Assembly: GCF_000150275.1 (NCBI RefSeq)
Contig: NW_002060946.1
Span: 3,987,454 to 4,051,453, forward strand
Source: Trichoplax adhaerens
Taxonomy: Eukaryota; Animalia; Placozoa
Length of the DNA: 64,000 bases
Direction: 5' to 3'
Shown piece by piece: positions 37,476 to 51,613 of this stretch. Both the position numbers and the translations under genes were made by a program. The notes beneath the pieces were generated by a model. That model was not told the DNA's origin and did no database searches. It saw only the letters and a list, made by a program, of their open reading frames with translations. Position 1 is the first letter of the stretch, and each line of letters begins with the position of its first letter.

Positions 37476-40400
37476 ATGGAAGATCCTGCTGCTGTTCGGT
37501 AAGACCTTAGGCAGAAGTACCTACGGTGTTATAATCTTGGTTTAGCAGTGAAAAAAACCGCTTGGCAATAGAACAATTCCAATTCAAGCAATTCGATGTG
37601 GTTTGATTGATAGTGACAATGCCAACGTAGGTGATAGAAGTATAATTTCTAACCAGTAATCCATTTCAATGTTCTCTATTTTTCCAATATGGATTCTCCT
37701 TTCTTCAATATCATATCCAAAAGTCACAAAATGACTCAAAATTCAACTTTTTTCTTTGCCATGAAATCAGAATAAGCGTACAGTATTTGAAAATTGTATA
37801 ATGGGCTGCACGAGCACTGTCGTAGTCAATTCTGTTAGGACACCGAGCAATCTTCAATGAAATTGAGCCTGTAATAAGCTATTATGCAGGCATTTCTCTT
37901 ACAAAAAACATCTTAATTTTAATGTAGTAGAAGGAAATCGTAGAATAACTCAAAGTAGTTTCATTTTTACCTTTGATATACACTGCACATTGAGAAGAAG
38001 CATAGTTGAAAAGTCGACAATGAGCTACGCAAGTATTACCGTTCGTAGTCGACCTTGCTGGACTCGTGGCAATCGTCAATGAATTGACCACATTAATGGA
38101 CTGATTCATCATGATGAAGAAGCCATAATTCAAGGATTTCTTTCGTAAAAATGATCCTTTCTTCAATGGAGTATAAGGAAATCGTCAAAGTGGTTTCATT
38201 TTTATTTTCACATTCACTGTACATTGAGAAGAAGCATAGTTGAAAAGTCGACAATGGCCTACACAAGCAGTACCGTAGTATTCCATGTTGCTGAACTCGT
38301 AGCAATCGTCAATGAATGGAGTATATATATATTAATGGACTAGTTATGATGATGACAATTATCTTAGATAGTAGCTCATGCAAGTGACAAAATAGTAATC
38401 ACGGTATTGATTATTAATACAGCCTACTTCAGATTTTAGTAGCCATAAAATAACATCAGATTTGATATACTTGTACGAGTAGTTTGATCTCATCGGCATC
38501 CAAATGATCACAATTACTACTTTACTGTATTTGAAGGTATAGACAGTATTATTATTATTTTAATTAGAGTGTGCATTGTACCAATATGCATCTAAAGTAA
38601 AGGTTGTAGAAAGTTTATTGATACTCACACGTGTAATAGGTACACTTGATTATACGTACAGTATATCTCGAGAACTGGATAGCAAAAATGCAGCTGCTTG
38701 CTACTGCAGGCATATTTTTTTTACCTTTTTTCATTTCATTTCATGATTGGTGACTTAGCTAATGTATAAGCTTTAACCAACATGTAACATACTGCAGGGA
38801 CTACTAAGACAGTCAGTAGTCGCTTCATACTCTACTGTATAGTACTTGAAAATTCTTCAGTATATAAAGTTCAAAATAAGTTCAAAAATAGAGTTATAAA
38901 AATAAATAGAAAAAGTCGCAATGATAAACACTGACTTTTAAACATCATTCTTATTAATTCTAAAGGTTGCTTCACCTTTTCGTAACTGATTGCGTTGCGT
39001 TATTATTATAGTTCAAATGCTAAGGGGTTACTGTTGGATGCTAACAATGATGACGAAATTCATATGGAATCGACAGAAATGATACTAATCGAGACTACCA
39101 ATGAAAGTAATACGGACAGAACTCAAAGCAAAATACCTTTTCGACAGGTAATAAAAATGACACCGCTGTCTTGCATTTACTAAAAGTGAATGATTTTCAT
39201 GTCTATACGTTTTTGCGTATTCAATTGTATCGTTATTATTTTACCATAGTTAGCGTACTTGTACAAACTTGAAGTTATCGTCAATATTGCACTGTATTCC
39301 TAACCTTTGCTAATTATCTCCAATAATTAATAATATAATCTGAGTTAAATAAAATGTTAAACTGTTGATAAACTTAATACTTTTAACTAATGGTACGTTA
39401 TTGCGTTTAAATTCAATCTGAACAGAGGGTAGAAGGACTGTATAAGAATTACTGTGGTGTAGCTGAATGGGGTAACTTTATTACTTTGGTAATTATGATA
39501 TTAGGAATCATTCTGGTGGAAATTTTCAAACACATACATCCGAAAGGTACATTTTATTATATTCAGTTTCTATCAACACTACGTTTTCGTCTTTGCGCTT
39601 ATTTACAATTAATACGTGATAATAGCAACACCCAAGTCATCTTTATTATAATCAATTAGTGATAGAGTGATACAATATTGCGTTTCTTAAATAAGTTCCA
39701 ATACCAAGACAGATCATTATTTAAACTTTATTAACCAATATTTGTGTAGTATACTATACAGTAGATTCATGAAATGATACCTTATTTCGAAAATCTACAC
39801 CGTTATTGTTTATTAATGTTGAGTTTTTTCCATTAGTGTATTATCAAATTTTCCGCATTATTCGAGCTATTGGCGTATTTGGACTATCAGGTAATATCGT
39901 AAAAAAATTGACTAAAAAAGAGCACCTAAAAGATTTAAAATAAATTATTACGGTATTGATTAGTGATACAATATATCGGAATATTGGTTAATCAGTGGCG
40001 ATGATAGATTTATATAATTAAAGTCAGTACCAACTTTCGAATGTCGTTCATAGAACTTGATACGATGACTGTTGTTAATACAATCAATGTACAAGTTAAT
40101 ACAACTTTCCTTATACAATTTCCTTCATACTAACTTGTATACTTGGCTATAAACTACTTTAATAGGTGGTATAACTAACTGGTTAGCTGTAAAGATGCTT
40201 TTCGATAAGATTCCCGGATTAATCGGCAGGTAATATTTCATATTATGTCTTATTTTGAAACTATTCGAAAAATAGAAACTGAAACATTGTTAAATTGTCA
40301 CATGAAGTAATAGAGATTTTTACACCTGTCATTGAATTCATCCTCAAATATTTATTTAATTTGAAAATACTGCTTTAGTGGAGTTATTCGAAATCAATTC

Positions 40401-41527
40401 ATAGAAATTCGTAACTGTGTCAAGATGGTAGTTTTAGATACCTTCTTCGAGCCCAGCAGCATGATGGAATATTTAAATGGCAAGCAAGACGATTGGCTAC
40501 AACAGTTGGATATAGGTAAACAAATTTTAACATTAACTTTGACTAGTTGCCATATTATAAGTCATGATTGGTTAAACATTAGACAGTATCATATGAGATT
40601 TTTAACTAATGAAAAAAAGATTACATGGTTATCATACTATATAACGAAATAAAAAGATTCTGAATCTACCTTATGATCTAATGAAGTTATATGAATTGGA
40701 GATAAAGAACGAATACTTACGTTTTTGGGATAGATTCCAAAATAGACGGAGTTTTAAAATCTCAAGCTGCGGATGAAATTGTTGACAAGCAATTAAGTTT
40801 GATGATGAGTAGACCAGAAGGTAATATAGTAGTAATATCTTTGTAATGCTAATGTAAAAGATTGTTCAGCATTTAGATTTTGAGAAATGTCTTACTAAAT
40901 AATACAGGTATGATGTTATCCTTTATGGGTATGAACGTAAACGTTTTAAAGCCGACGATTCTACCGTTCATTCATGGCCTAGGACCTACCGTATCATCTG
41001 TGGTATTAATTTAACCAGCTATTTATTACATTATTACCTATGATATCGATAGGGCTATATTAATAATAAAATTTTTCGATCAATTTATTTATCAAAGTTC
41101 TATTTACCCGATACAGCTATCCAAGAATATTCAGACTTCAGAATTTATCAATCCTGAAAATATTCGGAAACAGGTATATTTTATTGTTAACACCATGCCT
41201 AACAGTACATTTTTATTGCTGTTAAGTTAGATAAACATATGCGGTATTATTAGTCGATCTAAAATTTACTATTTATTAGGTAGATGAATTATTATCGGTA
41301 AAACTAGAAGAAATGACAGCTGCTCGCGTGAAAGCGGTAAGACTTGTAGACATGTATTTGTAAGTTTGCAATTTGCATTGCTGAGTTTCCGCTGACCACA
41401 GTTTTATTTTTGGATGTAGCTGGTAGAGCATATGATACGTAAACACTTGGGATGGCTGGTTGTGTGGGGTAATGTATTTGGCGCCCTAATTGGCATTATT
41501 TGTGAAGTCTCATCTGTTTTTAAGTGA
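37476..41527 (+). CDS. DUF445-family integral membrane protein, 11 exons
   Basis: Exons 37476-37498 (in-frame upstream ATG at 37461), 39012-39147, 39426-39546, 39837-39890, 40166-40229, 40379-40515, 40734-40820, 40908-41002, 41117-41173, 41280-41336, 41420-41527. Motifs GVFGLSGGITNWLAVKMLFDKIPGLIGSGVI and MIRKHLGWLVVWGNVFGALIG. The first exon is the least certain. Confidence 0.85.
37890..38355 (+). repeat. Diverged ~245-bp tandem duplication in intron 1 of the DUF445 gene
   Basis: Both copies share ACATTGAGAAGAAGCATAGTTGAAAAGTCGACAATG and GCAATCGTCAATGAAT. Confidence 0.85.
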
Positions 41528-42318
41528 TGCTTAGTATAATAGAAGTACATATGCGATTGCTTTTTAACATATACGCGTAAAGGGGAATATTTTATCTCTA
41601 CTTTTAATAAACCGTGATACTATCGAAGAAAAAATTCATTATTTATAGTTACATTCACCTTGTACTTAGCAGCTTATGGCTAACTCTCTTTATTCCATTG
41701 TTGAATACTAATTAATGTAAAAAATTTTGCTATTCTGTAACTTTTAATGTTATCTTTACGTGTATATCGTTTGAATTTATAACACATCGTACTTTCGAAA
41801 CTTGTCAAAGCTGAAATATTTTTAATTTATTACAATTCAGTTTGTAGCTTCTGGTCTTTGTGCGTTTTATTGGTGTCCCAGGACATCAAGTCATAGAAAT
41901 TTAATAGTGATAACAAAAAGTTATTACAGTTAGAATAAAGTAGTGATGTACAGTATAATTTGTATCTTATGAAGCTGTAGAGTTTTCTCTATAGTTTGAA
42001 AGCAAGAAATTAACATTCTACATGTCATAAAATTCATGTGATTGGCGACTTTTGAATAAATTCTGTTCCCTCTGAATGGCAATAGGATGTAAATAACTAC
42101 GATCGTATTGGGAGTATTTCAAGCTACAAGTATTATGTCCTAATTATGGTATATTTTCCGTTTTATATAAAAAGACTACGCTTTATTCTTAGTACTACTT
42201 GCATAATATTGTAACGTATGTCTAGTTCAAATTGTATCCTGCGAGATTATGAGATTACATAGAAAGATTTAACTAGTGCTTTTTATACCTATGTATGTTA
42301 CAGCAGAAGGCTGTAATA

Positions 42319-42602
42319 GGTCCTAACATAGCTGTATATTCAGCACTCAGACAGTGATGCAGTCAGTGATTAGCACCTTCGAAATGGCAGTCTCTAACAT
42401 TTGGAAGTCCTAACCTTACTAAATACTGTCAATTTTCCCTATGGTTCTAACATAGCTATTCTGCATCATAGATACTGTACTGATCTTAGCACAAGCAGTG
42501 GTATAAGTCTAGAAGTTCTAACCATAGAGGTTCTTCTCTATGGTCCTAACATAGATATTCTGCGTCATAGGTGTTGGACTAATCTTAGCACTTTCGAAAT
42601 GT
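42319..42602 (+). repeat. Three degenerate ~100-120-bp tandem units
   Basis: GGTYCTAACATAG...TATTC...TTAGCAC recurs at ~42319, ~42440 and ~42540. Confidence 0.7.
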
Positions 42603-45288
42603 TAGTACAACTTATACTGTATAAGTCTATCTGTACAGACTGGATCAGTTATTAGACAGTAATCTCGCGTTAATTAAGCTTACAATCGAGTAGTTACTTA
42701 AAAATACTAATAGAACAGCCGCAATAATATATTTAGTTTATAGTTGAGTAATGGGTTAAAAATATCATTAGAACAGCTATTTTAGAGATATTGTAGTTGA
42801 AGAACTATGCCCTAGTATAGGATACAGAGACTAATTTATGACAAATCCTCGATTATCGTAAGAAACTGATTAAAGAGAAATATCAACGTTGCGATTTTCG
42901 TCGATAATCACGAATTGGTTAGTCCACATTTAAATAATAATAGATTAGGAGGTAGATAAGAGTATTAAGCTATTAATCGATACTCTTTACCAACTAAACA
43001 AACCTGACGCCATTGAATCTCTTCGACAATACTCCAAAATATGTTTGGCTACAATTACCATGACGATATTCAGCTAGTCAAAATCAATCTTAAAGAATTA
43101 CAGGATAATTCTCAAGAAATATAACGATTTCCTGCTTAATTAATGCTTCATCGAATAAAATTCTAAATGCAGTGGGAGGCATTTACTCTATAGTAATGGA
43201 TACTAGTGAGTTAGGAAAGATAGAAAAAACTACCTAAGAAGCACATAGCAAAATACTAAATATAGAAAAAGAAAATACGAATGATACAATTCACAATCTG
43301 TGGTTGATGTTAGCTCGGCAGCTTAATAAATTATTCGCTACTAGTAAACCATATTTCTGAGTATATATAATACGTGTTTTGTCAACATTTAAAATGTCCA
43401 ATTAATATTTTTATTAGCAAGTAATGCATTCATATCTCAATAGTGAAAAAATAGAATAAACTAAAATAGATCGTTTATGCATCAAAATATTTCTATCTTT
43501 CCTGATAACATAAATGTAATCTTCCCTGATAATTTTGTCCATTTATTTAGATATTAGCATTAAAAAATAAAACTATATTTAGTATTCATACTTTTTATAT
43601 CAGTTCAGAACATGCAATAAACTAAAATCAAGCAATTGCTATATAAATTCAGTGTGCGAAAGATGCATAAACAGTATAATCGTAAATCTACCTACTATCA
43701 CATTTTTAGAATAGAAAATAAAATATTTGTATACGATTTATTCTTCAAACGGAAATTCCACTGCAAAACGTCTTCGCAACCTTAAGTAGTAGCTTTCTCA
43801 GGGTTTTTAATTAGCTCATCAAAAGTTTTGTGGCGACTCGTATCGAATAAAGAGGTTCTATATTGCAATAAAGTAATTTATTATTAGAAAGTGGATGTCC
43901 TTGCAAGATTTTAAATTATTCAGCTGATTTTGCCAACTCAGCAATTTTAATACCCTTAACTGAAGGATTGATATGTTAGGCATTCATCAGTGAGTGATGA
44001 CGTCGTAAGTAGAATCTCTTTTTTCTTCGTGGCTAATTATAATCAGGGTTGCAACTAGCTTGATTGGATGTGTTTGTTTGTAGTCATGAGATATCAAGTA
44101 ATTTTTATTCATAGCATTAAAAAGAGAATATTCAAGTATTGCCAGCATTCTTTGACGTACAGTAAAAGTAAAGTATACAACTCTTATATGCTTAGCAGCT
44201 GTATTAATGACTGAAAGATATATCTGAGAATGACTTACTGTGGAGGAGAAATTACTATTCTATAGGTAAAAGGGTAATACTTCATTTCCCATTTCATACG
44301 TATACAGTCCAATGATTACTTAGTTTCTGTACAGTTTGCTTGAAACAAAGCTAATCCAAACCTTGCTAACTAATTTTATAGCAACGATGAGCTGTAGTGC
44401 TCTTGCTATTCGTTATCAAGTGAAAATATTGGTCAACAACTTTGCTGTTGTTGCTACCTTCAAGATATGAGACTCTCTGCGAAAGGATTCTCTTTAAAAA
44501 CGGCTGTGTAGAACATGCAATCACCGCGTTGAGCTCTTGAATGTATTGATTCTACTTTACTGTAATTTTTATTTATTGACACAGTTTGCTATAGCTTAGT
44601 CTTGACGACCAATACCTTATACTGTAAGGGCTTGCGGGTCATTGCATAGCTAAAGTGCTTGCAGATGAGATTTGCATTATTACTTTGGAAAAAATGAATC
44701 ATAAAATCCACCTATTCATCCAATCAATGGCTAGACATATTGCTCAACTTACTCTCTTATTTTGTTTTACCTCTCTTGGTAATTTCTATATGCGGTATAA
44801 TCTATTCTTAGTGCAAGTCCATTTCCACTACGCTATAACAAAATTCTATAGATGTAGCATCTATATTGAACAGTTTACTCGTGGAATTCTATTTATAGTC
44901 TAACCTGATTGTAGCATAGAAATACCCTAACACAAATTTAAGCTTCTTAGTACTGTACTCATCGATGTTTGTAAATAATTCTCTCTTGTGCTTTCTACAT
45001 TATAAAAGCAATTCTTATAATAAGGTAAAAAGGCAAGGATTTATTTCGTATTTCACATATGCAACGACTAAGTTCTGTACATTTTAGTTTAAACAAAAGC
45101 TAAATCATATGTTAACAATCAATTTTACAGCAAAAATGAACCGTAATGCTTAGTACTCTACTCATTAACATATAAAAATTTAATAATCAACTTTGCTGAT
45201 ATTCCTACCTTCAATATAAAACACTGTTTTACTTATTATTGCAGAAATTTAAACGACATAATACAAATGTGTCAATATTGGCATGATT

Positions 45289-48200
45289 TTATCGCCTCTT
45301 AAATCTTCCGGCAGGGCCTGGTTTTGCTTTCTTTTTCCCAGCATCTTTCTTGGCATCAGTCTTAAGTAAAAAACATTAATCAAAAAATTATCCTTAAACG
45401 TTAATCTCCATAATTATAACTCCTTAGCTGTATTATTTAAAGTAATAACCTTTCGTTTGATTGCCCCAGGTGTAATTGTGAAGAAAGAGTCTAATCTTCC
45501 CTGTGTTGAAGTACCTCGTGCTTTGGAAATTTTTTCTACCCCACGACGAATTCTATCTTCACTACAATATAAACGTAAAAAATGTATTACGCTTAGTAAG
45601 ACGTAAATTTATTGCAACCATCCAAACAATTCTAACCATAACCAAATTATGACTACCGTTTCTTTACCTAAAACCTTTTTCTTCAACAAGGAATTTTACC
45701 AGTTCATCAGCATCGGGTTCAGTCCATTTTAACTGTAATATTAATTTCGTATCTTAGATGATCTATCATCGCGTATCTTTCAATTTTACTTCATAATCTA
45801 TATTAGGTTTACGAGAAATACAATATTATCAATTACTTCCATATCTTCACATTTTTCTACATCAGGGTTGAGAAAGAGCATTCTTGCATCCTATGTATGA
45901 AATAATAAGAATTATTTTTAGATTTCGGTACTTTCTAAGTACAGTACAGTAAGATGAGTCATTTTAAGTGCAACTTAATTTTCGTTGCTGTATATAATTA
46001 TCAATATCATTAGTATATATAATTTGCAGAAACATTAAATATATGTTAACGCTAATGGAATTTGCTATAGTATTAATGACCATACCTTATATGGCCAATT
46101 TTCAGGAACAGTAAACTTCTGTTCAGTAAATAAGTAAAAATTAAAATCAAGGGCTTTACTTCGAACGTCGTCTATATTACAGAGTCTAGATATTTAACTC
46201 GTTTTTAAGTTGACCTCAGAAGATATATTTTTGACGATATCTTCAATGGATTTGTATTTTTCTATTAAACCGACTGCTCGTTTCGGTCCAACACCTGTTA
46301 AAGGATTGAATGTTAAAAATCATTGTCCAATAAAGTAATCATTTTTCGGCTATTTAATCATTGAGACAAACCTTTGATAGAATCACAGTAATCACACCCA
46401 AGTAAAATGCATAGATCGATAAACTGTTGTAAAATATTTGTAATAATAATAACAAAATAGTTATCGTATAAAAGTGCGAAATGGATCAATTAACGATAAC
46501 GCCAGCTATTTACTTGTTCCATTGAGAAATTTAATTCTTGCAACGCATTTTTCAAATGGAATTCTTGTATGGGCATTTTTCTATAACAAATCAGTTCAAT
46601 AGCAACAAAAATAATTAGAATGAAAAAATTACAGTCAGACTGTATGGTGATGCAGTAATATTTAACCTGGCTTCACTAAATGTTAGATGCCTTAACATGA
46701 CATTCGACCCAAATGTTAAGGCATCCATATCCTCCGTACCGGTTGCATAGACCTAAATATACATTTAAATTATTGATAATATAGTCTAAATGGATCTAAT
46801 GACGAATGCTTTAAATACGTTGATCGTATAACGATCATTTTTACCTTTCCAGCTTTAACTAAAGCAGCACATTGTGATTCGGCCTCACATGGTGCCTACA
46901 TTTAAAAACGGTTTTATGTATAGAGAAGTGGAGTATATTAGCTAGCATCATAAAGTATAATAAGTTTAATAGATTTGCTAATGTCTGATTTTATCTTATT
47001 ATCCAATGCGCTATTGTTAATGAAAAAGTATGACGCATATGCATTACAATTGATTGCGATATGCGATACCTGAACGACAGGAACACCCATCAATTTTAAC
47101 AATTTCTTGCCTTCTTCGCAATGCTCAGGAGTCATTCTTACCTAAAATTGCATTCAAGGTACGGGTAATAGAAACGCTTTAAGAGCGATCCAATTTCTTT
47201 AATTTAGTTTGTAATTCTATACGCTCTATAGTTTAAACGTTACATAACTGTAGATGACTAAATTTATTCATTGTACTTATGTAAACAGCACATACGATAT
47301 AACCCCTATTTGCACATAGCGTTACAGTTGTTGCTAGTAAGATAGGATTTTTATGGCATATGATTAAGTAAAAGCATACCATTGTAGCATCATTTCAGGA
47401 TTAAGTATACTACTTACAGTCCTTCTTGTAAATTTGTCAATGTTGTCAGCATCACCTGTCAAGGAATTTGTAAGTTTACATTTATGGTAAAACTGGAACA
47501 GACATACATACATTACATAACATAGCTACCAAAGGTACAATCGAAGAAATCATTGCAACAGAATATGAATTACATACCTTCCTTTTCAGCTTCTGAAGCT
47601 TGTTTTTGAGCTTCTTCTCTCCTTTCTTGGCGACGTGCAAGCTGGAATGATACGATGAAATAGTTTATTTACAGCAAATACTAGTTGTCTACAAGTTGCT
47701 GTCAAAGATAGGCAATAATAAGCACCGCAGATTACCTCTCCAGACTTTAGTCGAGGTGGTTTTCCATCAAAAACATAACTGTCGTTTAAAAATAGAAAGA
47801 GTAATCAGATGTAGTTATTCTAGTTGGCTTTAGTCCCTATTTTGCCTAGTAATCCAAGGAAATAACATTGATCCTTGCTTTGTATTTTTATATAGCTTAA
47901 GATCAAAATGAGAATGTGATGTAAACCGACTTACACAGGCTTTATTCCATTTTCCATCATACGAATAGTCCGATAGAATAATCCCATCAAATGACTACAA
48001 TACGAGTAGATATAAAATTTGTTAATTTATTGCAATGTTGAATAGGACTATCCTTTAAAATTTGATGATAGTATCTTTCTCATTGTCATGGATGCTATAA
48101 AATGAAGGTATAACAACCAATAGCTCGATATTAGAGTCTGTCAACTTGCAATCTATTTACCTTGTTGTTTCTCCAGCTTCATTGGTCAAGACATTACCAT

Positions 48201-48526
48201 CGGATCGAACGGCAATTAAAAACTGGTATATACTCATGGAAGCATCAATCGCAACCTTACGACCTAAAATATTGGAGCAATAGTGAATACTTTATGATCA
48301 TTGTATGATCCATGGACGAAGATGATGATTGCTACTCCTGTCTATATCGAGTCTGTACATAATGTTATTGAGTGTCCATGAAATAATGGAAAGTAGGAGT
48401 CAACATGTCCTATTTTCGTTGCAAGATGGAAAGATAAAACCAACCGAAATAATTCTTGATTTCGTTCTCTTTAATAGCAGATGGTGCATGATCGGCAATT
48501 AACTTTGCCAATCCATGAATTCCCAT
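45289..48526 (-). CDS. FEN1: Flap endonuclease 1, about 17 coding exons
   Basis: [80 protein letters not shown] box QGRLDSFF and a basic tail. Confidence 0.97.
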
Positions 48527-49241
48527 ATTTATTTTCTTTGCAATACAGTCTTGTCTCGACGTTGATGAAGAATTGCAAACTGGGATCAACAGTCAAGAAT
48601 TATTCCAAGATTGCAATGGGCAAGGCAAGGTTGTTTTCCTATCGCCTTTCGACTCTTCCTATACTATAACGTGTACGGGTCTCTCCTACGCGGTACTATA
48701 CCCTACTATCCAGTATGCACGACTACTGGCATTATGAATGCAGTAGGCAAGCGTCAGAATTTAGCGCCAAAATTTTAATTGCTGCATTGTACGTACCGCC
48801 CTTACAGTACAGTCTTGGCTAGGTAGTGTACACTGTACACTGTACACTGTACCGTACTGGCGGATGTTGAGTTTGTTTTCCTATTGACAAAATCCTTCTC
48901 GAGGCCCTTCCAACGCTGAGTGCTATCCTTAAGAAGAAATTTTTTCAAAAACTAAGCGATTTTTTAGCTTTAAATAACGAAAAGATTGCTCAATTTGATA
49001 CCAGGGTGTAGTATATTAATTATCGATTCTATCATATTTCATTTGATACAATTTCTAAGTTGTAATATCGAAATAAATTATACAGTACAGCGTAGGGTGT
49101 GTTATTTACGTTTCCAGCTTTTGGATGGCAAACTAAGGTACATAGTAGTAATTAATTATGTGCTCGACTGTTCTAGCATGGACAGTCGGAGTTCCAAGTC
49201 GAGCTACATAATGTTTAAAGTGTAGTCATTTTACGTTTGTT

Positions 49242-51385
49242 TCAGCAATATTTTTTCCCTTTTTCTACGCCTGAAAAGAAAAGAAACATGTTGTATGTAC
49301 TGTATGAAGTGATGATTGTAATATTATTGCCCACTTATCTACTAATCAGGGACACTAATATACTATAAATGATGATGATAATACGTACCTTGTACATGAC
49401 GGACTTTGAGTAATAAAGTTCTCTTCTCTGAAACAGCTCTCTCTCTCTCGTCTCAGTCTATAAGCAGAAAGACATATTTGCGTATGATGATTATCGTATG
49501 TCGTAACTATAATAACAAAGATGGACACTAATATACTATTAATCATGATGATAATACGTACCTTGTACCTGACGGACTTTGAGTAATAAAGTTGCGTATC
49601 TCTCGTCTCAGTCTATAAGCAGAAAGAAAATATTATTTACAATGATCAGACGATGATTATTGTATGTCGTAACTATAATAACAAAGATGGTCTAGCATGT
49701 TGTCTCCAATATCAAGTTAGGGACCAGTGGAAAATCGAAAAGAAAACTGCTTGGGATTTTGCTATTCTTTGTTTTACCGAGATAAAAGAAAAGAAAGATA
49801 TACAGTAGATAGACAAGTCCATGATGCTACTTACCAACTCGTGAGTTGATTGAACTCAAGAGATATCTAAAAAATGCATCGACATGAAATAAAATATTTT
49901 TCTACAGTAGCTCGATGATCATTGTTGCTTATTATCTAGACAATAACATTAAACATTGAATTGTGAACAACGCTGCTCAACGAGTGCGTAGAGGTCCTTC
50001 GTCGATCGTAGTAATGTCCACTAAGATTAAAAACGTAGTCTACAGAGATGTGTTAAAGTCTTAATGTTGATGTAATTAAATTTCTGATCTTTCACTGCTC
50101 ATAATATAGTGTGCATACTCGTATTTAGGATATCAAAGATTCTATTGGATACATAAAATATTGAAAGCTGTCAACAATTCTGACTACGTTACTTAACGTT
50201 GTCAATACGTTAACCTCTTAGTTTGCCCATAAAGTAAACGCTAAACTTTATAAAGTATAGTATAACCTAAGCCTACATCGTAATCTTCAACTTGGCTATT
50301 ATTTAGACTACATCAACAATCAGTCTGAGATTCACATACGAGTATACAAATTTGGATATCCGCTATTGATGTTGATTAGTAGAAAGCAAATTAAGTTGAA
50401 TTAAATCGTGCTAATCTTTATGTTATTCTATCATGTTGCGGACAATCAAGCGTACAGTGAAGAAGGAACTTCAACAGAGAAATTCGATTTTTCTCTTAAA
50501 GTCTCTGAGTGAGTGTACTGTACTCTGATGAAACTGCTCTGCTCTTTCACTTCAAGAACGTGTTTCCAAGACTGTATTTTGCTAAAACTGTCCTGCTGCT
50601 GTCTTCTAAAATTGATTTAGCATGAAGAAAAATACTGTCCATTTCCTAGCTAGTATACAGTACAGTAGGAAATGGCAGGACTGCTAGTAAAGCGGGAGCG
50701 TTTAATTAACGGGAATTTACCAACGTAGAGATGAACTCGATCTAGCTAACCAAGATACGGCTTAGTTAACCTACTGTACGTTTGATTTACAAACACAGAT
50801 ACATGCCGAGCGCCCATTTTGTGAATTAAAATGGCTTTAATCGTATAAATCTTTTTACATCACAAAAAACAATATTCCTTGACGTGCATAGATCATGTCA
50901 TGTCCGTGGAGCAAATACCCTAGAATCACTCTACTGTTTGTAGCAGAAACAGCGTAATGCAGAGAGTATCATGATTGATACATCATTTCTTTTTACAAGT
51001 GGATAGTCCAAATTGCCCATGGAAAATGGCTTGATATTGCCCTGTCCTAATATTCAATGCAGTCCAATGATGTACGTACGAGTGCCTGCCTCGATGTGAA
51101 TTTTACCATTTTACTCTACCCATACTCGAAGTTTAAGGCCAATTTTGTTTCATGTAAGACAGTTTCACAACAAGCTTTAAACCATATTGGTTGAACACTT
51201 TTAGATCATAGTCATACCTACAGTATAGCAAGTGGCCTCGCAACGACAATACTATTGTGATGGCATTGAAATGTATTTCAATATAGGAATATTGATTACG
51301 TCAATATTCCTTTTATCCGCACAAGTTTATTCTTTCTTATTATCCTATTTGCTGTCATGATTTCCACGTCTATTCTCCATTGCAT
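49242..51385 (-). CDS. Possible orphan spliced gene (~133 aa) or spliced lncRNA divergent from APRT
   Basis: GT-AG-bounded, phase-compatible segments 51300-51385(51420), 50456-50605, 49955-50020, 49835-49866, 49389-49427, 49242-49270. No recognisable domain, and the sites were chosen by hand. Confidence 0.3.
49351..49690 (+). repeat. ~170-bp tandem duplication (49351-49523, 49524-49690)
   Basis: GACACTAATATACTAT...ACGTACCTTGTAC...CTCGTCTCAGTCTATAAGCAGAAAGA...GTAACTATAATAACAAAGATG occurs twice. Confidence 0.9.
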
Positions 51386-51613
51386 TGTACGTAGAGCATC
51401 TCTACTGCAATTCTTCGCCTCTGTCGTAAAGAAATGTTTAACCTTTTGAATAAATAAATGATTGGGTAAACTATAGGCCATGACTTCCTTACGGTATAGT
51501 CTGCACTATACAGTATAAAAGCATAAAACAGTAGTACTGTACGCTATAGTGATCAGTTTTCGATTCGTACAGTGAGGTATAAAATTATTCCGGCACAGCG
51601 CAAAAACTGCAAC

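Noticed and set aside
29487-41527. Bacterial or endosymbiont contamination as the source of the NodU-like and DUF445 genes
   Set aside because: Both genes have many canonical spliceosomal introns and host-like composition, and are interleaved with LENG1 and ACOT8.
43740-44700. Possible extra minus-strand exons downstream of FEN1
   Set aside because: Splice-like sites and short open frames exist, but I could not build a consistent or recognisable ORF. RNA-seq would be needed.
49369-49431. Box C/D snoRNA (ATGATGA...CTGA)
   Set aside because: No perfect rRNA antisense element of 10 nt or more that I can recognise, no terminal stem, and ATGATGA is frequent here. The CTGA is explained equally well as a minus-strand acceptor.
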